Below, piece by piece: positions 46,000-57,174 of a DNA stretch of 64,000 nucleotides (position 1 is its first letter; each line of letters opens with the position of its first letter). Source of the DNA: Gemmatimonadota bacterium (lineage in GTDB: Bacteria > Gemmatimonadota > Gemmatimonadetes > Gemmatimonadales > GWC2-71-9). Where the stretch lies: the NCBI GenBank assembly GCA_039587475.1, contig JBDHIK010000300.1, positions 7,045-71,044 of the forward strand. Direction: 5' to 3'. Both the position numbers and the translations under genes were made by a program. The notes under the pieces are model-generated. The model did no database searches and was not told the origin of the DNA. It worked only from the letters and a program-made list of their open reading frames with translations.

Positions 46000-46806
46000 A
46001 TGACCCCTTGGGTAAAGCGACTTCTGATCGCCAATTTCGCCGTGTTCTTCATCAGCACGGCCGTCGCCACCGTGCCGGTTGCCGGGACCACCATGGACCG
46101 GGCCATCATGTACTGGGGTGCGTTCATCCCGGCCCTGGCCCTGGTCCATCCATGGTCGGTGATCAGCTACATGTTCCTGCACGGCGGGTTCATGCACATC
46201 TTCTTCAACATGTTGGGGTTGTTCTTCTTCGGCCCCAGGCTCGAAGTGCGGCTTGGACACAAACGTTTCCTCACCCTCTATCTCCTGGCAGGGGTCACCG
46301 GTGCCTTGCTCTACCTGCCGACCCAATGGGGCAGCGTCATCCCCATGGTCGGGGCCTCCGGCGCCGTGTACGGCGTGCTACTGGGATTTGCCTATTTCTG
46401 GCCGAGGGAAAAGATCTTCATCTGGGGCGTTCTGCCCGTCGAAGCGCGGATCCTGGTAGCGGTCTTTACGGCCATCTCCCTGTACTCCGGCGTACGCGGT
46501 GGTGGTGTCGTCGCGCACTTCGCCCACCTCGGTGGCTTCCTCGGCGCCTATCTCTACCTCAAGTACCTGGAGCACAATTCGCCGGCCAAGAAATGGCAGC
46601 GGCAAATGCAACCGCAGGTACCCGTGGGCCACGGCGGCAATCATTCGGAAATGGAGCGATGGACCCGCATTCGTCCGGACGATCTCCATCCTGTCAACCG
46701 TGATGAGGTGCTGCGCCTCCTCGAGAAGGTGCGCCAGCACGGCGCTTCCGGGCTGACGCCCACCGAGCGCGACACGCTGAACCGCTTCACGCCCATTCTG
46801 CACTGA
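46000..46806 (+). CDS. Rhomboid-family intramembrane serine protease
   Basis: HGGFMHIFFNMLGLFFFG, the catalytic GASGAVYGVL and AHLGGFLGAYL are present. Start is the ATG at 46000. Confidence 0.85.
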   Translation: MTPWVKRLLIANFAVFFISTAVATVPVAGTTMDRAIMYWGAFIPALALVHPWSVISYMFLHGGFMHIFFNMLGLFFFGPRLEVRLGHKRFLTLYLLAGVTGALLYLPTQWGSVIPMVGASGAVYGVLLGFAYFWPREKIFIWGVLPVEARILVAVFTAISLYSGVRGGGVVAHFAHLGGFLGAYLYLKYLEHNSPAKKWQRQMQPQVPVGHGGNHSEMERWTRIRPDDLHPVNRDEVLRLLEKVRQHGASGLTPTERDTLNRFTPILH

Positions 46807-46920
46807 CGGCCGCCGCCCTGGTCGCCGGGCGTGCCGCACACGAGGGGCAGGCAGAGCGCTCGACACTCCCGGTGGTGGCTCCTACCTTGGGGCCAACGCG
46901 GACATCGCCCGGGAGCCGAC

Positions 46921-47181
46921 ATGTCCAAGCCTGACCGGCGCCACTACTGGCGCACCAACCTCCGATATCTCTCGATCCTTCTCACCATCTGGTTCGTGGT
47001 GAGCTACGGTTTCGGTATCCTGCTGGTCGACCAACTCGACACCGTCCGCATCGGCGGCTTCAAGCTGGGCTTCTGGTTCGCGCAACAGGGCTCCATCTAC
47101 GTCTTCATCGTTCTCATTTTCGTGTACGTCCGGTTGATGAACCGGCTCGACAAGCGCTTCGGCGTGGACGAGAGCGAATGA
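46921..47181 (+). CDS. DUF4212 small membrane subunit of sodium:solute symporter
   Basis: YWRTNLRYLSILLTIWFVVSYGFGILLVDQL...GFKLGFWFAQQGSIYVF. It is ATGA-coupled to the SSS gene. Confidence 0.85.
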   Translation: MSKPDRRHYWRTNLRYLSILLTIWFVVSYGFGILLVDQLDTVRIGGFKLGFWFAQQGSIYVFIVLIFVYVRLMNRLDKRFGVDESE

Positions 47182-48884
47182 ACGTTCAAGCATGGACCTT
47201 CACCCTCGTCGGCCTGTCCTTCGCGCTCTACATCGGTGTGGCCATCTGGTCCCGCGCCCGCTCGACCGGCGAGTTCTACGTGGCTGGCGCGAAAGTCCAT
47301 CCGGTCCTGAACGGCATGGCGACCGCGGCCGACTGGATGTCGGCCGCATCCTTCATCTCCATGGCCGGCCTTATTTCCTTCATGGGCCGCGATGGCTCGG
47401 TGTATCTCATGGGCTGGACGGGTGGGTACGTCCTGCTGGCGTTACTCCTGGCACCCTATCTTCGGAAGTTCGGCAAGTTCACGGTCCCCGACTTCGTGGG
47501 CGACCGGTACTACTCCAGAGTGGCGCGTGTGGTCGCCGTGGTGTGCGCCCTGTTCGTGTCCTTCACCTACGTCGCCGGCCAGATGCGCGGCGTCGGCATC
47601 GTGTTCTCCCGCTTCCTGAACGTCGACATCAATCACGGCGTCTTCATCGGCATGGGCATCGTGTTCTTCTATGCCGTCCTCGGCGGCATGAAAGGCATCA
47701 CGTACACCCAGGTGGCGCAGTACTGCGTCCTCATCTTTGCCTACCTGGTGCCGGCCATCTTCATTTCCCTTCTCATGACCGGTGTGGCACTGCCGCAGCT
47801 TGGATTCGGGTCCACGCTGGCCGACGGATCCGGCGTCTACCTCCTCGACAAGCTGGACGGCTTGAGCCGAGAGCTGGGATTCCACGAATACACGTCAGGC
47901 CAGAAGGGTACGCTGGACGTGTTCTTCATTACCGCCGCGCTCATGGTGGGGACGGCCGGGCTGCCGCACGTCATCGTGCGGTTCTATACGGTGCCCAAAG
48001 TCGCGGCTGCACGGAGTTCCGCCGGGTGGGCTCTCGTGTTCATCGCCCTGCTGTACACCACGGCGCCCGCCGTCGCGGCGTTTGCCCGGACCAACCTCCT
48101 CACCACGATCGAGGATGTTCCGTACCGTGAGGCCCCGGGCTGGTTCACCAACTGGGAACTGACGGGACTCATCGAGTATCAGGACCTGAATGGCGACGGC
48201 CGGGTCCAGTACCGTGGCCCCGCTTCCGATGTGGCCAACGAAGTCGCCATCGACCCGGATATCATGGTATTGGCGAATCCAGAAATCGCCCGACTCCCCA
48301 ACTGGGTCGTGGCCCTCGTGGCCGCGGGAGCCCTGGCCGCGGCGCTGTCCACCGCTGCCGGATTGCTCCTCGTCATCTCCACCTCGATCGCCCACGACCT
48401 GCTGAAGCGCACCCTCAAACCGGACATCGATGAGAAACACGAACTCATCGCCGCCCGAGTCGCCGCCGGTGTCGCGGTGATTGTCGCGGGTCACTTCGGT
48501 ATCCACCCTCCAGGATTCGTGGCCCAAGTGGTAGCCCTGGCGTTCGGCCTGGCCGCTGCCTCGTTCTTCCCGGTGATCATCCTGGGGATATTCACCAAGC
48601 GAACGAACACCTACGGTGCGGTGGCTGGAATGCTGACCGGGATCGTGTTTACCGGCGGCTACATCGTGTGGTTCAAGGGTTTGTACCCCGAACTCAACAC
48701 CGCAGAGCACTGGTTGTTGGGGATCAGTCCCGAAGGGATCGGGACGTTGGGGATGGTATTGAACTTCATCGTCGCGATCACGGTGTCGCGCCTCACACGC
48801 CCACCGCCGGATGCCGTGCAGCGGATGGTCGAAGAGATCCGAGTGCCGCGCGGCGCCGGCGAGGCCCACGAGATCCGCGCCTAG
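47178..48884 (+). CDS. Sodium:solute symporter family permease (cation/acetate symporter-like)
   Basis: 568 aa with about 13 TM helices. EFYVAGAKVHPVLNGMATAADWMSAASFISMAG is typical of the ActP / VC_2705-type SSS group. Confidence 0.9.
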   Translation: MNVQAWTFTLVGLSFALYIGVAIWSRARSTGEFYVAGAKVHPVLNGMATAADWMSAASFISMAGLISFMGRDGSVYLMGWTGGYVLLALLLAPYLRKFGKFTVPDFVGDRYYSRVARVVAVVCALFVSFTYVAGQMRGVGIVFSRFLNVDINHGVFIGMGIVFFYAVLGGMKGITYTQVAQYCVLIFAYLVPAIFISLLMTGVALPQLGFGSTLADGSGVYLLDKLDGLSRELGFHEYTSGQKGTLDVFFITAALMVGTAGLPHVIVRFYTVPKVAAARSSAGWALVFIALLYTTAPAVAAFARTNLLTTIEDVPYREAPGWFTNWELTGLIEYQDLNGDGRVQYRGPASDVANEVAIDPDIMVLANPEIARLPNWVVALVAAGALAAALSTAAGLLLVISTSIAHDLLKRTLKPDIDEKHELIAARVAAGVAVIVAGHFGIHPPGFVAQVVALAFGLAAASFFPVIILGIFTKRTNTYGAVAGMLTGIVFTGGYIVWFKGLYPELNTAEHWLLGISPEGIGTLGMVLNFIVAITVSRLTRPPPDAVQRMVEEIRVPRGAGEAHEIRA

Positions 48885-48905
48885 CGCCCCCGATCTCCTC
48901 ACCGG

Positions 48906-50321
48906 ATGACCTCCACCGATTCGACTGCCGGGGCGCCCTTTCGCCTCTGGCCCGCCCTCAAGGAAGCCGTTCGCGGCTCGCAACAGGACTACACCACCGG
49001 CCCCATCGGGCGGGCGGTCCTGCTGCTGGCCGTGCCGATGGTGCTGGAGACGGCCATGGAATCGGTGTTCGCCGTCGTGGACGTGTTCTTCGTGTCCCGG
49101 TTGGGGCCCGAGGCGGTCGCGACGGTCGGGCTGACCGAATCAATGCTCACGTTGATCTACACGGTCGCCCTTGGCCTTTCGATCGGCGTGACCGCCATGG
49201 TGGCGCGCCGCATCGGCGAGAAGGATCCGGAGGGAGCGGCCGCGACGGCGGTACAAGCCATTCTGCTCGGCGTGGGAATCGCGGTCGGGCTCGGCGTTCT
49301 CGGTGCCATGTTTGCACCCCAGCTCCTCGGCCTGATGGGAGCGGCGCCGGAGGTCATCAGCGCCGGGGCCCCGTACACCAGAATCATGCTGGGCGGGAAC
49401 GCCACCGTGCTGCTCCTGTTCATGATCAATGCCATCTTCCGTGGTGCCGGCGATGCCGCGGTCGCCATGCGCGTGTTGTGGCTGGCAAACGGGATCAACA
49501 TCGTGCTCGACCCGATGCTCATCTTCGGGATCGGACCGTTCCCGGAGCTCGGCATCCAGGGCGCCGCGGTCGCGACGAACATCGGCCGCGGGACGGCGGT
49601 CGTGTTCCAGTTCTATCTCCTGGCCCAACGGCATGGCCGCATCCGGATCCAGGCCCGGCATCTTGTCGTTCGCGTGGCGGTGATGTGGCAACTGGTGCGC
49701 CTGTCGTCGACCGGGATGTTCCAGGTGTTCATCGGCATGGCCAGTTGGGTGGGCCTGATACGGATCCTCGCTGGCTTCGGGAGCGAGGTGCTGGCCGGGT
49801 ACACGATCGGCATTCGACTGATCATCTTCGCGCTGCTGCCCAGCTGGGGCATGTCCAACGCCGCCGCCACCATGGTGGGGCAGGCCCTTGGCGCCGGAAA
49901 GCCGGATCGTGCGGAACGGGCGGTCTGGATCGCGGGCGCGCTCAACATGGTATTTCTGGGCATCGTGGGATTGTGTTTCGTGGTGTTCGCTCCGCAGTTG
50001 GTGTCGATTTTCACCAGCGACCCCGAGCCGACTCGCTACGCCATTCTGTGTCTGCGGGTGGTGAGCTCGGGCTTCCTGTTCTACGCCTATGGCATGGTGC
50101 TGACCCAGTCGTTCAATGGCGCTGGAGACACCTGGACTCCCACCTATATCAACCTGTTCGTGTTCTGGTTGTTCGAGCTTCCCTTCGCCTACCTGATGGC
50201 ACACACCCTGGGTGTTGGTCCCCTGGGGGTGTTCTTGGCGATGACCATCGCCTTTTCCTCTTTGGCGGTCATCAGTGCCATCATCTTCCGGCGGGGTCAC
50301 TGGAAGCTCAAGAGGGTGTGA
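48906..50321 (+). CDS. MATE-family efflux transporter
   Basis: 471 aa, 12 TM helices. LLLAVPMVLETAMESVFAVVDVFFVSRLG is the MATE N-terminal signature. Confidence 0.9.
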   Translation: MTSTDSTAGAPFRLWPALKEAVRGSQQDYTTGPIGRAVLLLAVPMVLETAMESVFAVVDVFFVSRLGPEAVATVGLTESMLTLIYTVALGLSIGVTAMVARRIGEKDPEGAAATAVQAILLGVGIAVGLGVLGAMFAPQLLGLMGAAPEVISAGAPYTRIMLGGNATVLLLFMINAIFRGAGDAAVAMRVLWLANGINIVLDPMLIFGIGPFPELGIQGAAVATNIGRGTAVVFQFYLLAQRHGRIRIQARHLVVRVAVMWQLVRLSSTGMFQVFIGMASWVGLIRILAGFGSEVLAGYTIGIRLIIFALLPSWGMSNAAATMVGQALGAGKPDRAERAVWIAGALNMVFLGIVGLCFVVFAPQLVSIFTSDPEPTRYAILCLRVVSSGFLFYAYGMVLTQSFNGAGDTWTPTYINLFVFWLFELPFAYLMAHTLGVGPLGVFLAMTIAFSSLAVISAIIFRRGHWKLKRV

Positions 50322-50404
50322 CCGAGCCTGCAGAGGGACGGAACTGCCGGGCCGTGGTTGCCGTTTGCTAGGACGACGCGGTCTTCACATTCGGAGGTGG
50401 CGCG

Positions 50405-51013
50405 ATGGTGTACGACTTTCTGGTGGACACCTATGCCACGGAACGCCTGAAGGTGCTGGCGATGTGGAGCATGTTCCGGGGCGACGATCTCCCGACCAGG
50501 CCGCACCCTTCCGACAGGCGCGGGCGCAGTGTCCTGGAACACATGGTCCACCAGTGCCTCTCGGAGGACATCTGGTTTCGGACCATGCTGGGCATCGATG
50601 TCGGAGCCCCACCCGTGCCGGCCAACGAGACGCGGGTCGGTTTTCTGCAACAGTACGCCTTGGATTCGACTGCGCGGCTCATCGTGTTGCGAGCCAAGCC
50701 TGCAACGTGGTGGGAGGGTGAGGTGCCGTTCTTTGAGGTCCAGCGGAGCCGGGCCTGGGTCATGGTGCGGCGGATCGCCCACACGGCGCATCACCGGGGA
50801 CAGCAGGCGGTCCTGCTTCGCGTGCTGGGTCGAGACGTCTACAGCACCTACGGTCCCACGGCGGATACCGGCGGGCTGATGAAGGACCATGCCCCCACGG
50901 TCTATCCCTGGGTGACCGAAGAGGAGCTCCTGGCCGGCGAGTCGTCGGGCGGGGCCAAGCGGGCGTTGCACGGTCGTGCCGGTGCCGTCGTCACTGAACG
51001 CCCCGACCGATGA
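50405..51013 (+). CDS. DinB-family protein
   Basis: The pattern is a four-helix bundle with LEHMVHQCLSED and IAHTAHHRGQ (metal-binding His triad context). Confidence 0.8.
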   Translation: MVYDFLVDTYATERLKVLAMWSMFRGDDLPTRPHPSDRRGRSVLEHMVHQCLSEDIWFRTMLGIDVGAPPVPANETRVGFLQQYALDSTARLIVLRAKPATWWEGEVPFFEVQRSRAWVMVRRIAHTAHHRGQQAVLLRVLGRDVYSTYGPTADTGGLMKDHAPTVYPWVTEEELLAGESSGGAKRALHGRAGAVVTERPDR

Positions 51014-51076
51014 ACCCTGCCGGCACACCCCGCGCTCACCGCAGGATACTCAACCCGCTCTCGCGGAGATCTGTCC

Positions 51077-52306
51077 ATGTCGACTGAACGCCTGACGTTC
51101 CCGGGAGCTCTGGGAGATGCCCTCGCCGCCCGCCTCGACCGACCGGCCACGGCACCTCGAGCCACCGCTCTCTTTGCCCATTGCTTCACGTGCTCCAAGG
51201 ACTTCAAGGCCGTGCGTCGCATCAGCCAGGCGCTGATTGATGAGGGCATTGCCGTGCTGTCGTTCGATTTCACCGGGTTGGGTGAGAGCGAGGGCGACTT
51301 CGCCGACACCAATTTTTCCTCCAACGTCGACGACCTCGAAGCGGCGGCACGGTTCCTCGAGGAAGGCGTCGGCGCGCCGTCCCTGCTCATTGGTCATAGC
51401 CTGGGTGGCGCCGCCGCACTGGCGGTGGCCCACCGTCTCGATTCGGTCCGTGCGGTGGCCTCCATCGCCGCCCCGAGCGATCCCGCCCACCTGGTGTCCA
51501 CGCTGGAGCGCGCCGCCCCGGCGTTGGGGACCAGCGACGAGGCGGAGGTGACCCTGGCCGGAAGGTCGTTCACCATCAGGCGACAACTGTTGGAGGACCT
51601 CGAAGCCCAGCGGCTCACGACGCTGGTGCGCGACCTGGGCCGTCCGCTGATGATCTTTCATTCCCCAGTCGATGCCATCGTGGGCATCGAACACGCCGCG
51701 GCTCTGTATCAGGCGGCAAGGCATCCCAAGAGCTTTGTCTCACTGGATACCGCTGATCACCTGCTCCTGAACGATCCGGCGGACGCGGCCCTGGTCGGTT
51801 CCGTGATGGCTGCCTGGGCCGGACGGTATCTCCCCGAGGTCCCCGGACATGGCGATCAGGAGGGTACCGTGGTGGTCGAAACGGGTGCCTCCGGGTACTT
51901 CACCGACATCCATGCTGGCCACCATCACCTGGCGGCGGACGAGCCGAGGTCGGTGGGAGGCAGCGACCGCGGACCGACCCCCTACGACCTCCTCCTCAGC
52001 GCGCTCGGCGCCTGTACCACCATGACGCTTCGCATGTACGCCGACCGAAAGGGCTGGCCGCTCGAGGGCGTCCGGGCCAGGCTCCGGCACGAGAAGATCC
52101 ACGCCACTGACTGCGCTGACTGTGAGACGACCGCTGGGTTCATTGACCGGATCGAACGCGATCTGGAGTTGACCGGGCCGCTCGATGACGGTCAACGACG
52201 CCGGTTGCTAGACATCGCGGACAAGTGCCCGGTGCACAAGACGCTGTCGTCGGAGACTGTGGTGGCGACCCGGGAAGTGACCACCGTTCAGGACGACGAG
52301 TCGTAG
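51077..52306 (+). CDS. Bifunctional alpha/beta hydrolase - OsmC-family fusion protein
   Basis: The N-terminal half has the nucleophile elbow [12 protein letters not shown]. The C-terminal ~140 aa is OsmC-like ([20 protein letters not shown]...DKCPVHKTL). Confidence 0.85.
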   Translation: MSTERLTFPGALGDALAARLDRPATAPRATALFAHCFTCSKDFKAVRRISQALIDEGIAVLSFDFTGLGESEGDFADTNFSSNVDDLEAAARFLEEGVGAPSLLIGHSLGGAAALAVAHRLDSVRAVASIAAPSDPAHLVSTLERAAPALGTSDEAEVTLAGRSFTIRRQLLEDLEAQRLTTLVRDLGRPLMIFHSPVDAIVGIEHAAALYQAARHPKSFVSLDTADHLLLNDPADAALVGSVMAAWAGRYLPEVPGHGDQEGTVVVETGASGYFTDIHAGHHHLAADEPRSVGGSDRGPTPYDLLLSALGACTTMTLRMYADRKGWPLEGVRARLRHEKIHATDCADCETTAGFIDRIERDLELTGPLDDGQRRRLLDIADKCPVHKTLSSETVVATREVTTVQDDES

Positions 52307-52394
52307 CGAAGCGCACCGGGACCGCCCGCTGAATCCTTCCTCGCTGCGGACCCGTACGGCCCGGTCGCATCCCCTCACCCGACAGGAGGTCGTC

Positions 52395-52850
52395 ATGTTC
52401 GGTCCCGTGCGTCGCTTTGGCTGGGCCCTGTTCGCTCCAGCCTTGTTCCTGCTGCCCTCCGCCGCCAGCGCCCAGTCGGACGCTGACCGGGCGGGTGTCG
52501 AGGCTGCCGTCCTCGACTACGTCGAGGGGATCTACCTGGTCCAGCCCGAGCGGATCGAACGCAGCGTCCACAAGGACTTGCGGAAGGTCGGTTATTGGCG
52601 GCAGGACAGTGCGTCGGACTACCAGGAAGCTCCGATGACCTATCAGCAGTTGTACGACCTTGCGGCTCGCTGGAATGCCAATGGTCAGGTCGATCCCGAG
52701 ACGGCGCCCAAAGACATCGTCGTGTTCGACGTACTCGACAAGACCGCCGCAGCCAAGCTGACCGCGGCCTGGGGTGTCGACTACTTCCAACTCGGCAAGT
52801 ACGATGGCACATGGATGATCGTCAACGTGCTGTGGCAGAGCGTCGACTAG
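52395..52850 (+). CDS. NTF2-like, putative lumazine-binding family protein, secreted
   Basis: SD GGAGG lies upstream and a signal peptide is present. [21 protein letters not shown]...WMIVNVLWQ is typical of the lumazine_bd_2-type NTF2 fold. Confidence 0.7.
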   Translation: MFGPVRRFGWALFAPALFLLPSAASAQSDADRAGVEAAVLDYVEGIYLVQPERIERSVHKDLRKVGYWRQDSASDYQEAPMTYQQLYDLAARWNANGQVDPETAPKDIVVFDVLDKTAAAKLTAAWGVDYFQLGKYDGTWMIVNVLWQSVD

Positions 52851-52968
52851 ACGGCCCGGCAGGTGTTCGCTTCGGGGTGAGCCGGAGGGAGAACCAGGGG
52901 ATAGTGGCGGCCGGCTGGGAGCGGGGCTACCTTCGGGACTCGTCCTTCCCCAGACACAGCGCACGCCG

Positions 52969-53670
52969 ATGCCTCACGACTCCGGTCCCGAACCGCCCGA
53001 GTGGCAGCAACCCGACCTCATCCCGCTCGAGGACTATCGGGAATACCCCGTGGCCGACATGCGAACCCGGGCGCTGGAGTTCTATCAGGAGCTGAATCGT
53101 CGCCGTACGGTCCGGGAGTTTTCGTCCCGGGAGGTTCCCCGCGACGTCCTGGAACACTGTCTCCTGGCCGCCGGGACCGCACCATCGGGCGCCCACCGGC
53201 AACCCTGGCGTTTCGTGGTGGTGTCTGACCCCGGACTCAAGAAGCGCATTCGCGAGGCCGCCGAACTCGAGGAACAGGAGTTTTACGAAAGTCGGGCGCC
53301 CGAAGAATGGCTCGAAGCCTTGGCGCCCCTGGGGACCGATGCTCGGAAACCGTTCCTCGAGACTGCGCCGTGCCTGATCGCCATATTCGCCGAACGATTC
53401 GGTCTCAGGCACGACGGCTTTCATGTGCAGAACTACTATGTCAGCGAGTCCGTCGGAATCGCCACGGGCATGCTGATTGCCGCACTCCATCGTGCCGGCC
53501 TCGCCACCTTGACGCATACGCCCAGTCCCATGGGGTTTCTCAACGAACTTCTGGACCGGCCCAAGAACGAACGCCCCTTTCTCCTTCTGGTCGTGGGGTT
53601 CCCCGACCCGGAGGCGAAGGTCCCCAACCTCACACGAAAGCCGCTCGACGCCATCGCCGACTTTCGCTGA
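52969..53670 (+). CDS. Nitroreductase-family flavoprotein (iodotyrosine-deiodinase-like subgroup)
   Basis: [41 protein letters not shown], together with the inserted EEQEFY...EWLEAL segment. Confidence 0.85.
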   Translation: MPHDSGPEPPEWQQPDLIPLEDYREYPVADMRTRALEFYQELNRRRTVREFSSREVPRDVLEHCLLAAGTAPSGAHRQPWRFVVVSDPGLKKRIREAAELEEQEFYESRAPEEWLEALAPLGTDARKPFLETAPCLIAIFAERFGLRHDGFHVQNYYVSESVGIATGMLIAALHRAGLATLTHTPSPMGFLNELLDRPKNERPFLLLVVGFPDPEAKVPNLTRKPLDAIADFR

Positions 53671-53696
53671 CCCGTTCCCGAACCCCACAGGCGGAC

Positions 53697-54185
53697 ATGA
53701 GCACCATCACGCTGACGACATCACACGGCGACATCCTCATCGAATTGCATGCCAACGAGGCCCCGGTCACGGTGGAGAACTTCCTGGCCTACGTCGACGC
53801 GGGTCACTTCGACGGCACCATCTTCCATCGGGTCATCCCCGGCTTCATGGTCCAGGGTGGCGGGTTCGAGGCCAACATGAACCAGAAGGCGACGCGCGAC
53901 CCCATCAAGAACGAGGCGGACAACGGGCTCAAGAACAAGCGAGGAACGTTGTCGATGGCCCGGACATCGGACGTCAACAGTGCCACCAGCCAGTTCTTCA
54001 TCAACCTCACGGACAACGTGTTCCTGGATCATGGATCCAGGGACTTCGGCTATGCCGTGTTCGCCAGTGTGGTGGACGGGATGGACGTGGTGGACGCCAT
54101 CGCGGGCGTCGCCACGGGGAACCACGGTGGGCATTCAGACGTCCCGGTCGAACCGGTGAGAATCGAGAAGGCCGTCAGGGCCTGA
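53697..54185 (+). CDS. ppiB: Peptidyl-prolyl cis-trans isomerase B (cyclophilin type)
   Basis: It is near-collinear with E. coli PpiB as I recall it: [37 protein letters not shown]. Start is the ATG at 53697, inside ORF 53307..54185. Confidence 0.95.
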   Translation: MSTITLTTSHGDILIELHANEAPVTVENFLAYVDAGHFDGTIFHRVIPGFMVQGGGFEANMNQKATRDPIKNEADNGLKNKRGTLSMARTSDVNSATSQFFINLTDNVFLDHGSRDFGYAVFASVVDGMDVVDAIAGVATGNHGGHSDVPVEPVRIEKAVRA

Positions 54186-55689
54186 GGTCGGTCTCGCCGA
54201 ATACCTGCTGCATGATGCGTCTGGCCTGGGGGGGCATCCCGGTGATTTCCACCTCCAGGCCCGCCAGCCGAGCCTCGTTGCTTACCGTCTTCATCGCCAA
54301 CGCGCCGGTATAATCGATTCGTCCCAGGCTCGACATGTCGAGGAGCAGCCTGCTGGCGTTTGGGTGGGCCGCCAGTTGGTTCAGAAGCGCCTCTTCCAGG
54401 CCGGGCGCGGAGGCGAAGAACAGGACCCCCATCGGCTCCAGGCGAAGGGTCCCATTCTCCGCGCTGGAGCGGACATCGACGTGCAGCTCGCGCCATACGT
54501 GAACCATGGTGGCGGCGCCGATCCCCAGAATCACCGCATACTCCACGTGGGGCGCCAGCCACAGGGTGGCGATGGCCGTGGTCCACGCGACGAAAGCCTG
54601 CGGCCGTGATTTCGCCACCAGGCGAACCATGCGCGGGATGGCGATCAGCTGAAGGACCGCGGCGATGACGATGGCCCCGAGGATGGCGCGGGGTAGCGGG
54701 GCCAGGATGCCGGCGAACGGAAGAAACAGCAGCAACGTCAGGCCGGTGATTGCTCCGGCCCACTGAGAACGCGCGCCCGCCAGCCGGCTCACCGATGTCC
54801 GGGAGAACGATCCGCCAACCGGAAAGCCACCCGACAACCCCGAGGCCAGGTTGGCGACCCCCTGTGAGACGAACTCCCGGCTGGGATTCCAACGCTCGCG
54901 ATCCTGGGCTGCAAAGGTCCGTGCGATCGCTGCCGGTTCGGCGAAGCCGACCAGCGCGATGATGGCCGCCGGGATGAGGAGGCCGCCGACGGCGGTCCAG
55001 GGAACGTCGAGCGAGATCGGCGGCAGGCCCGCGGGCAAGCTGCCGACCACCGTGCCGCCGTACCCGGTGATCACGCTGTATCCCATGCCAAGGAGTACCG
55101 CCACGAGCACGCCGGGAAACAGACGGTGCAGCCGCCGGCCTCCCAGAATGGCCAGGACCGTGAACGCCGCCAGCGCGACGGCCGTCGGCTCCCACTCCCC
55201 CGGGTGGGCCAGCGCCCAGACGGCTCGACCGAGGAGCGTCCCGTCCGGCGGTTGGGCGCCGAGCGCGGTGGGGAGTTGCGAGGAGATGATGAGAATCGCG
55301 GCGGCGGTGGTGAAGCCGACGAGTACCGGTTCCGACATGAGGTACGACAGCCAGCCCGCCTTCATGAAGCCCAGGGCCACCCGGATGACTCCGACCAGTA
55401 TGGCCAACAGGGCGGCCAGGGCGACATACTCGGAACTGAGCGGGGCGGCCATCGTTCCCAGGGCCCCGAAGGTCAGCAAACTGGTAATGGCGACCGGACC
55501 TGTTTGCAGGTACCGGGAGGAGGCGACGGCCGCGGCGATCAGGGCAGGAAGGGCAGCAGCATACAGCCCGTGCTGGGCCGGCATGCCCGCCAGGTCGGCA
55601 TAGGCCACCGCCTGGGGAATCAGGACGGCGGCGACGCTCAGGCCTGCGACGAGGTCCCCGGCTGTGATGCGCACCCACGGTCTCCGCAT
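54175..55689 (-). CDS. SulP-family anion transporter with C-terminal STAS domain
   Basis: [26 protein letters not shown] is the N-terminal SulP signature. The C-terminal ~110 aa is STAS-like ([19 protein letters not shown]). Confidence 0.9.
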   Translation of the reverse strand: MRRPWVRITAGDLVAGLSVAAVLIPQAVAYADLAGMPAQHGLYAAALPALIAAAVASSRYLQTGPVAITSLLTFGALGTMAAPLSSEYVALAALLAILVGVIRVALGFMKAGWLSYLMSEPVLVGFTTAAAILIISSQLPTALGAQPPDGTLLGRAVWALAHPGEWEPTAVALAAFTVLAILGGRRLHRLFPGVLVAVLLGMGYSVITGYGGTVVGSLPAGLPPISLDVPWTAVGGLLIPAAIIALVGFAEPAAIARTFAAQDRERWNPSREFVSQGVANLASGLSGGFPVGGSFSRTSVSRLAGARSQWAGAITGLTLLLFLPFAGILAPLPRAILGAIVIAAVLQLIAIPRMVRLVAKSRPQAFVAWTTAIATLWLAPHVEYAVILGIGAATMVHVWRELHVDVRSSAENGTLRLEPMGVLFFASAPGLEEALLNQLAAHPNASRLLLDMSSLGRIDYTGALAMKTVSNEARLAGLEVEITGMPPQARRIMQQVFGETDLRP

Positions 55690-55726
55690 TGAAGTGTTCG
55701 GAATGTAACGCTACCGGCCAAGCACC

Positions 55727-55770
55727 GAGGCCGGTGCCCGGGTCTCTCCTGCCGCCCTGGCACCGGCCTC
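55727..55770 (-). terminator. Very stable stem-loop between the FadL-like gene and the SulP gene
   Basis: Perfect 12-bp inverted repeat GAGGCCGGTGCC (55727-55738) / GGCACCGGCCTC (55759-55770). After one mismatch it extends 3-4 bp further. It starts 24 nt after the OMP stop. No U-tract follows. Confidence 0.45.
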
Positions 55771-55793
55771 GTTCCCGCGTGGGAGCGGTGGCG

Positions 55794-57131
55794 CTAGATC
55801 TGCCCCCGCGTGACGTAGGAGAACTGGGGCTGGATCGAATCCTCGTGCATCGTGTTGGTGACACTGCTGCCCGGAACTGGCCCGGATGGACCGTAGATGG
55901 GTCCGGATCCGCTGTTCTCGAACACGTGGTAGTACCCGACGGTGATCTCGAGATGCCGGGTCGGACGGATCCCCACGCCGAAGGTGGCGTGGTGCTGGAC
56001 CACGGCCGGCGCCGGCACGTTGATCATGGACCATTCATCGGGAATCGGGTTCTGGGAGTAGTTGTAGCCGCCGTACAGCGCGAACAGGGACGAGGCATCG
56101 AACTTGAGTCCCGTGGCGATGGAGTAGATGTTCTGCCACGCGAAGCCCGAGACGGATCCGTCAGCATTGAAGGGGCTCGATCCCTGCAGTTCGAAGCCGG
56201 GGGTACTCTCGTAGAAGTAGTACTTGAAGTCCCCGGTGAGGAGCAGTGACGGAAGAGCCTGCACGCCGATGCCGGCTCCGGCGATGGCAGGGGCGTTCAA
56301 CTTGAACTTGATGGTCCGCGGTTCGCCGAAGTTGGCCAGGTTGGGATTGGCGTGCGTGGAGTTCCATTCGAAGGAGCTGAACCACTGCTCGCTCGCGTAG
56401 GAAGCGCCCAGGGCGATCATGTCGTTGACGTTGTAGAGCAATCCGAGCTGGAAGCCATACCCGAAGGCGCCGTCCGCCGCGCCGGCCTGTGGGAAGTAGG
56501 CGGTGCCACTCCCGGAGTCGAAGTCCGGTGCCGCGACAGGAGCCGGGATGATGGCGAGCTGTGCCCAGTCGATATTGACTGCGGCGCCCAGCCACAGTTT
56601 CTCCGTCGCCTCCCAGGCCACCGACGGCGTCACCTTGAGCAGCGAGTAGTTGCTGTAGACCTGCCCGAAGCCGTTGGGTTGCGGAAACAGAATGGGGTTG
56701 GTGCCGTTGGGTGGATTCTGCTCGGCTGGGTAGTCAACGCCGAAGCCGCCGATCCCCAGGCCGCCCAATCCGAGCACGACGCGTTCGCTCGACAACTTGT
56801 AGGTGGCGCCGAAGGCCGGAATCGGGACCCAGTCACTCACGCTGGTCGTGGAGCCACTGAACGGGCCGGCGCTGCTGGCCACGCTGCGGTCGGCCTTGAA
56901 GGCTTCCATGCTGAATTCCATGCGCGTCCCGTCGAAGGCCATCAGGCCAGCGGGATTCAGGGCAAACGTCCCCAGCAGACTGGCGGGTGCGGCAATGCCC
57001 GCGCCGCCCATCGCGGCGTTGATGGCTCCCACGCCGTGCAGGAAGTGGCCATCCGTGGCCTCGGCCGTGGGCGCGCTCGCCAGCAGCAGCAGGCCGACGA
57101 GGCCCATGCCTGACAAATGACGACGGATCAT
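55794..57131 (-). CDS. Outer-membrane transport protein, OmpP1/FadL/TodX family
   Basis: The ATG at 57131 is preceded by AAGGAGGAAAC. The signal peptide is MIRRHLSGMGLVGLLLLASAPTAEA. GAINAAMGGAGIAAP...NPAGL is the FadL N-terminal hatch pattern. An aromatic-rich beta-strand periodicity runs to the C-terminus. Confidence 0.8.
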   Translation of the reverse strand: MIRRHLSGMGLVGLLLLASAPTAEATDGHFLHGVGAINAAMGGAGIAAPASLLGTFALNPAGLMAFDGTRMEFSMEAFKADRSVASSAGPFSGSTTSVSDWVPIPAFGATYKLSSERVVLGLGGLGIGGFGVDYPAEQNPPNGTNPILFPQPNGFGQVYSNYSLLKVTPSVAWEATEKLWLGAAVNIDWAQLAIIPAPVAAPDFDSGSGTAYFPQAGAADGAFGYGFQLGLLYNVNDMIALGASYASEQWFSSFEWNSTHANPNLANFGEPRTIKFKLNAPAIAGAGIGVQALPSLLLTGDFKYYFYESTPGFELQGSSPFNADGSVSGFAWQNIYSIATGLKFDASSLFALYGGYNYSQNPIPDEWSMINVPAPAVVQHHATFGVGIRPTRHLEITVGYYHVFENSGSGPIYGPSGPVPGSSVTNTMHEDSIQPQFSYVTRGQI

Positions 57132-57174
57132 GTTTCCTCCTTGGATTGTATCCATGCGGTGGCCTGGGCCACGT

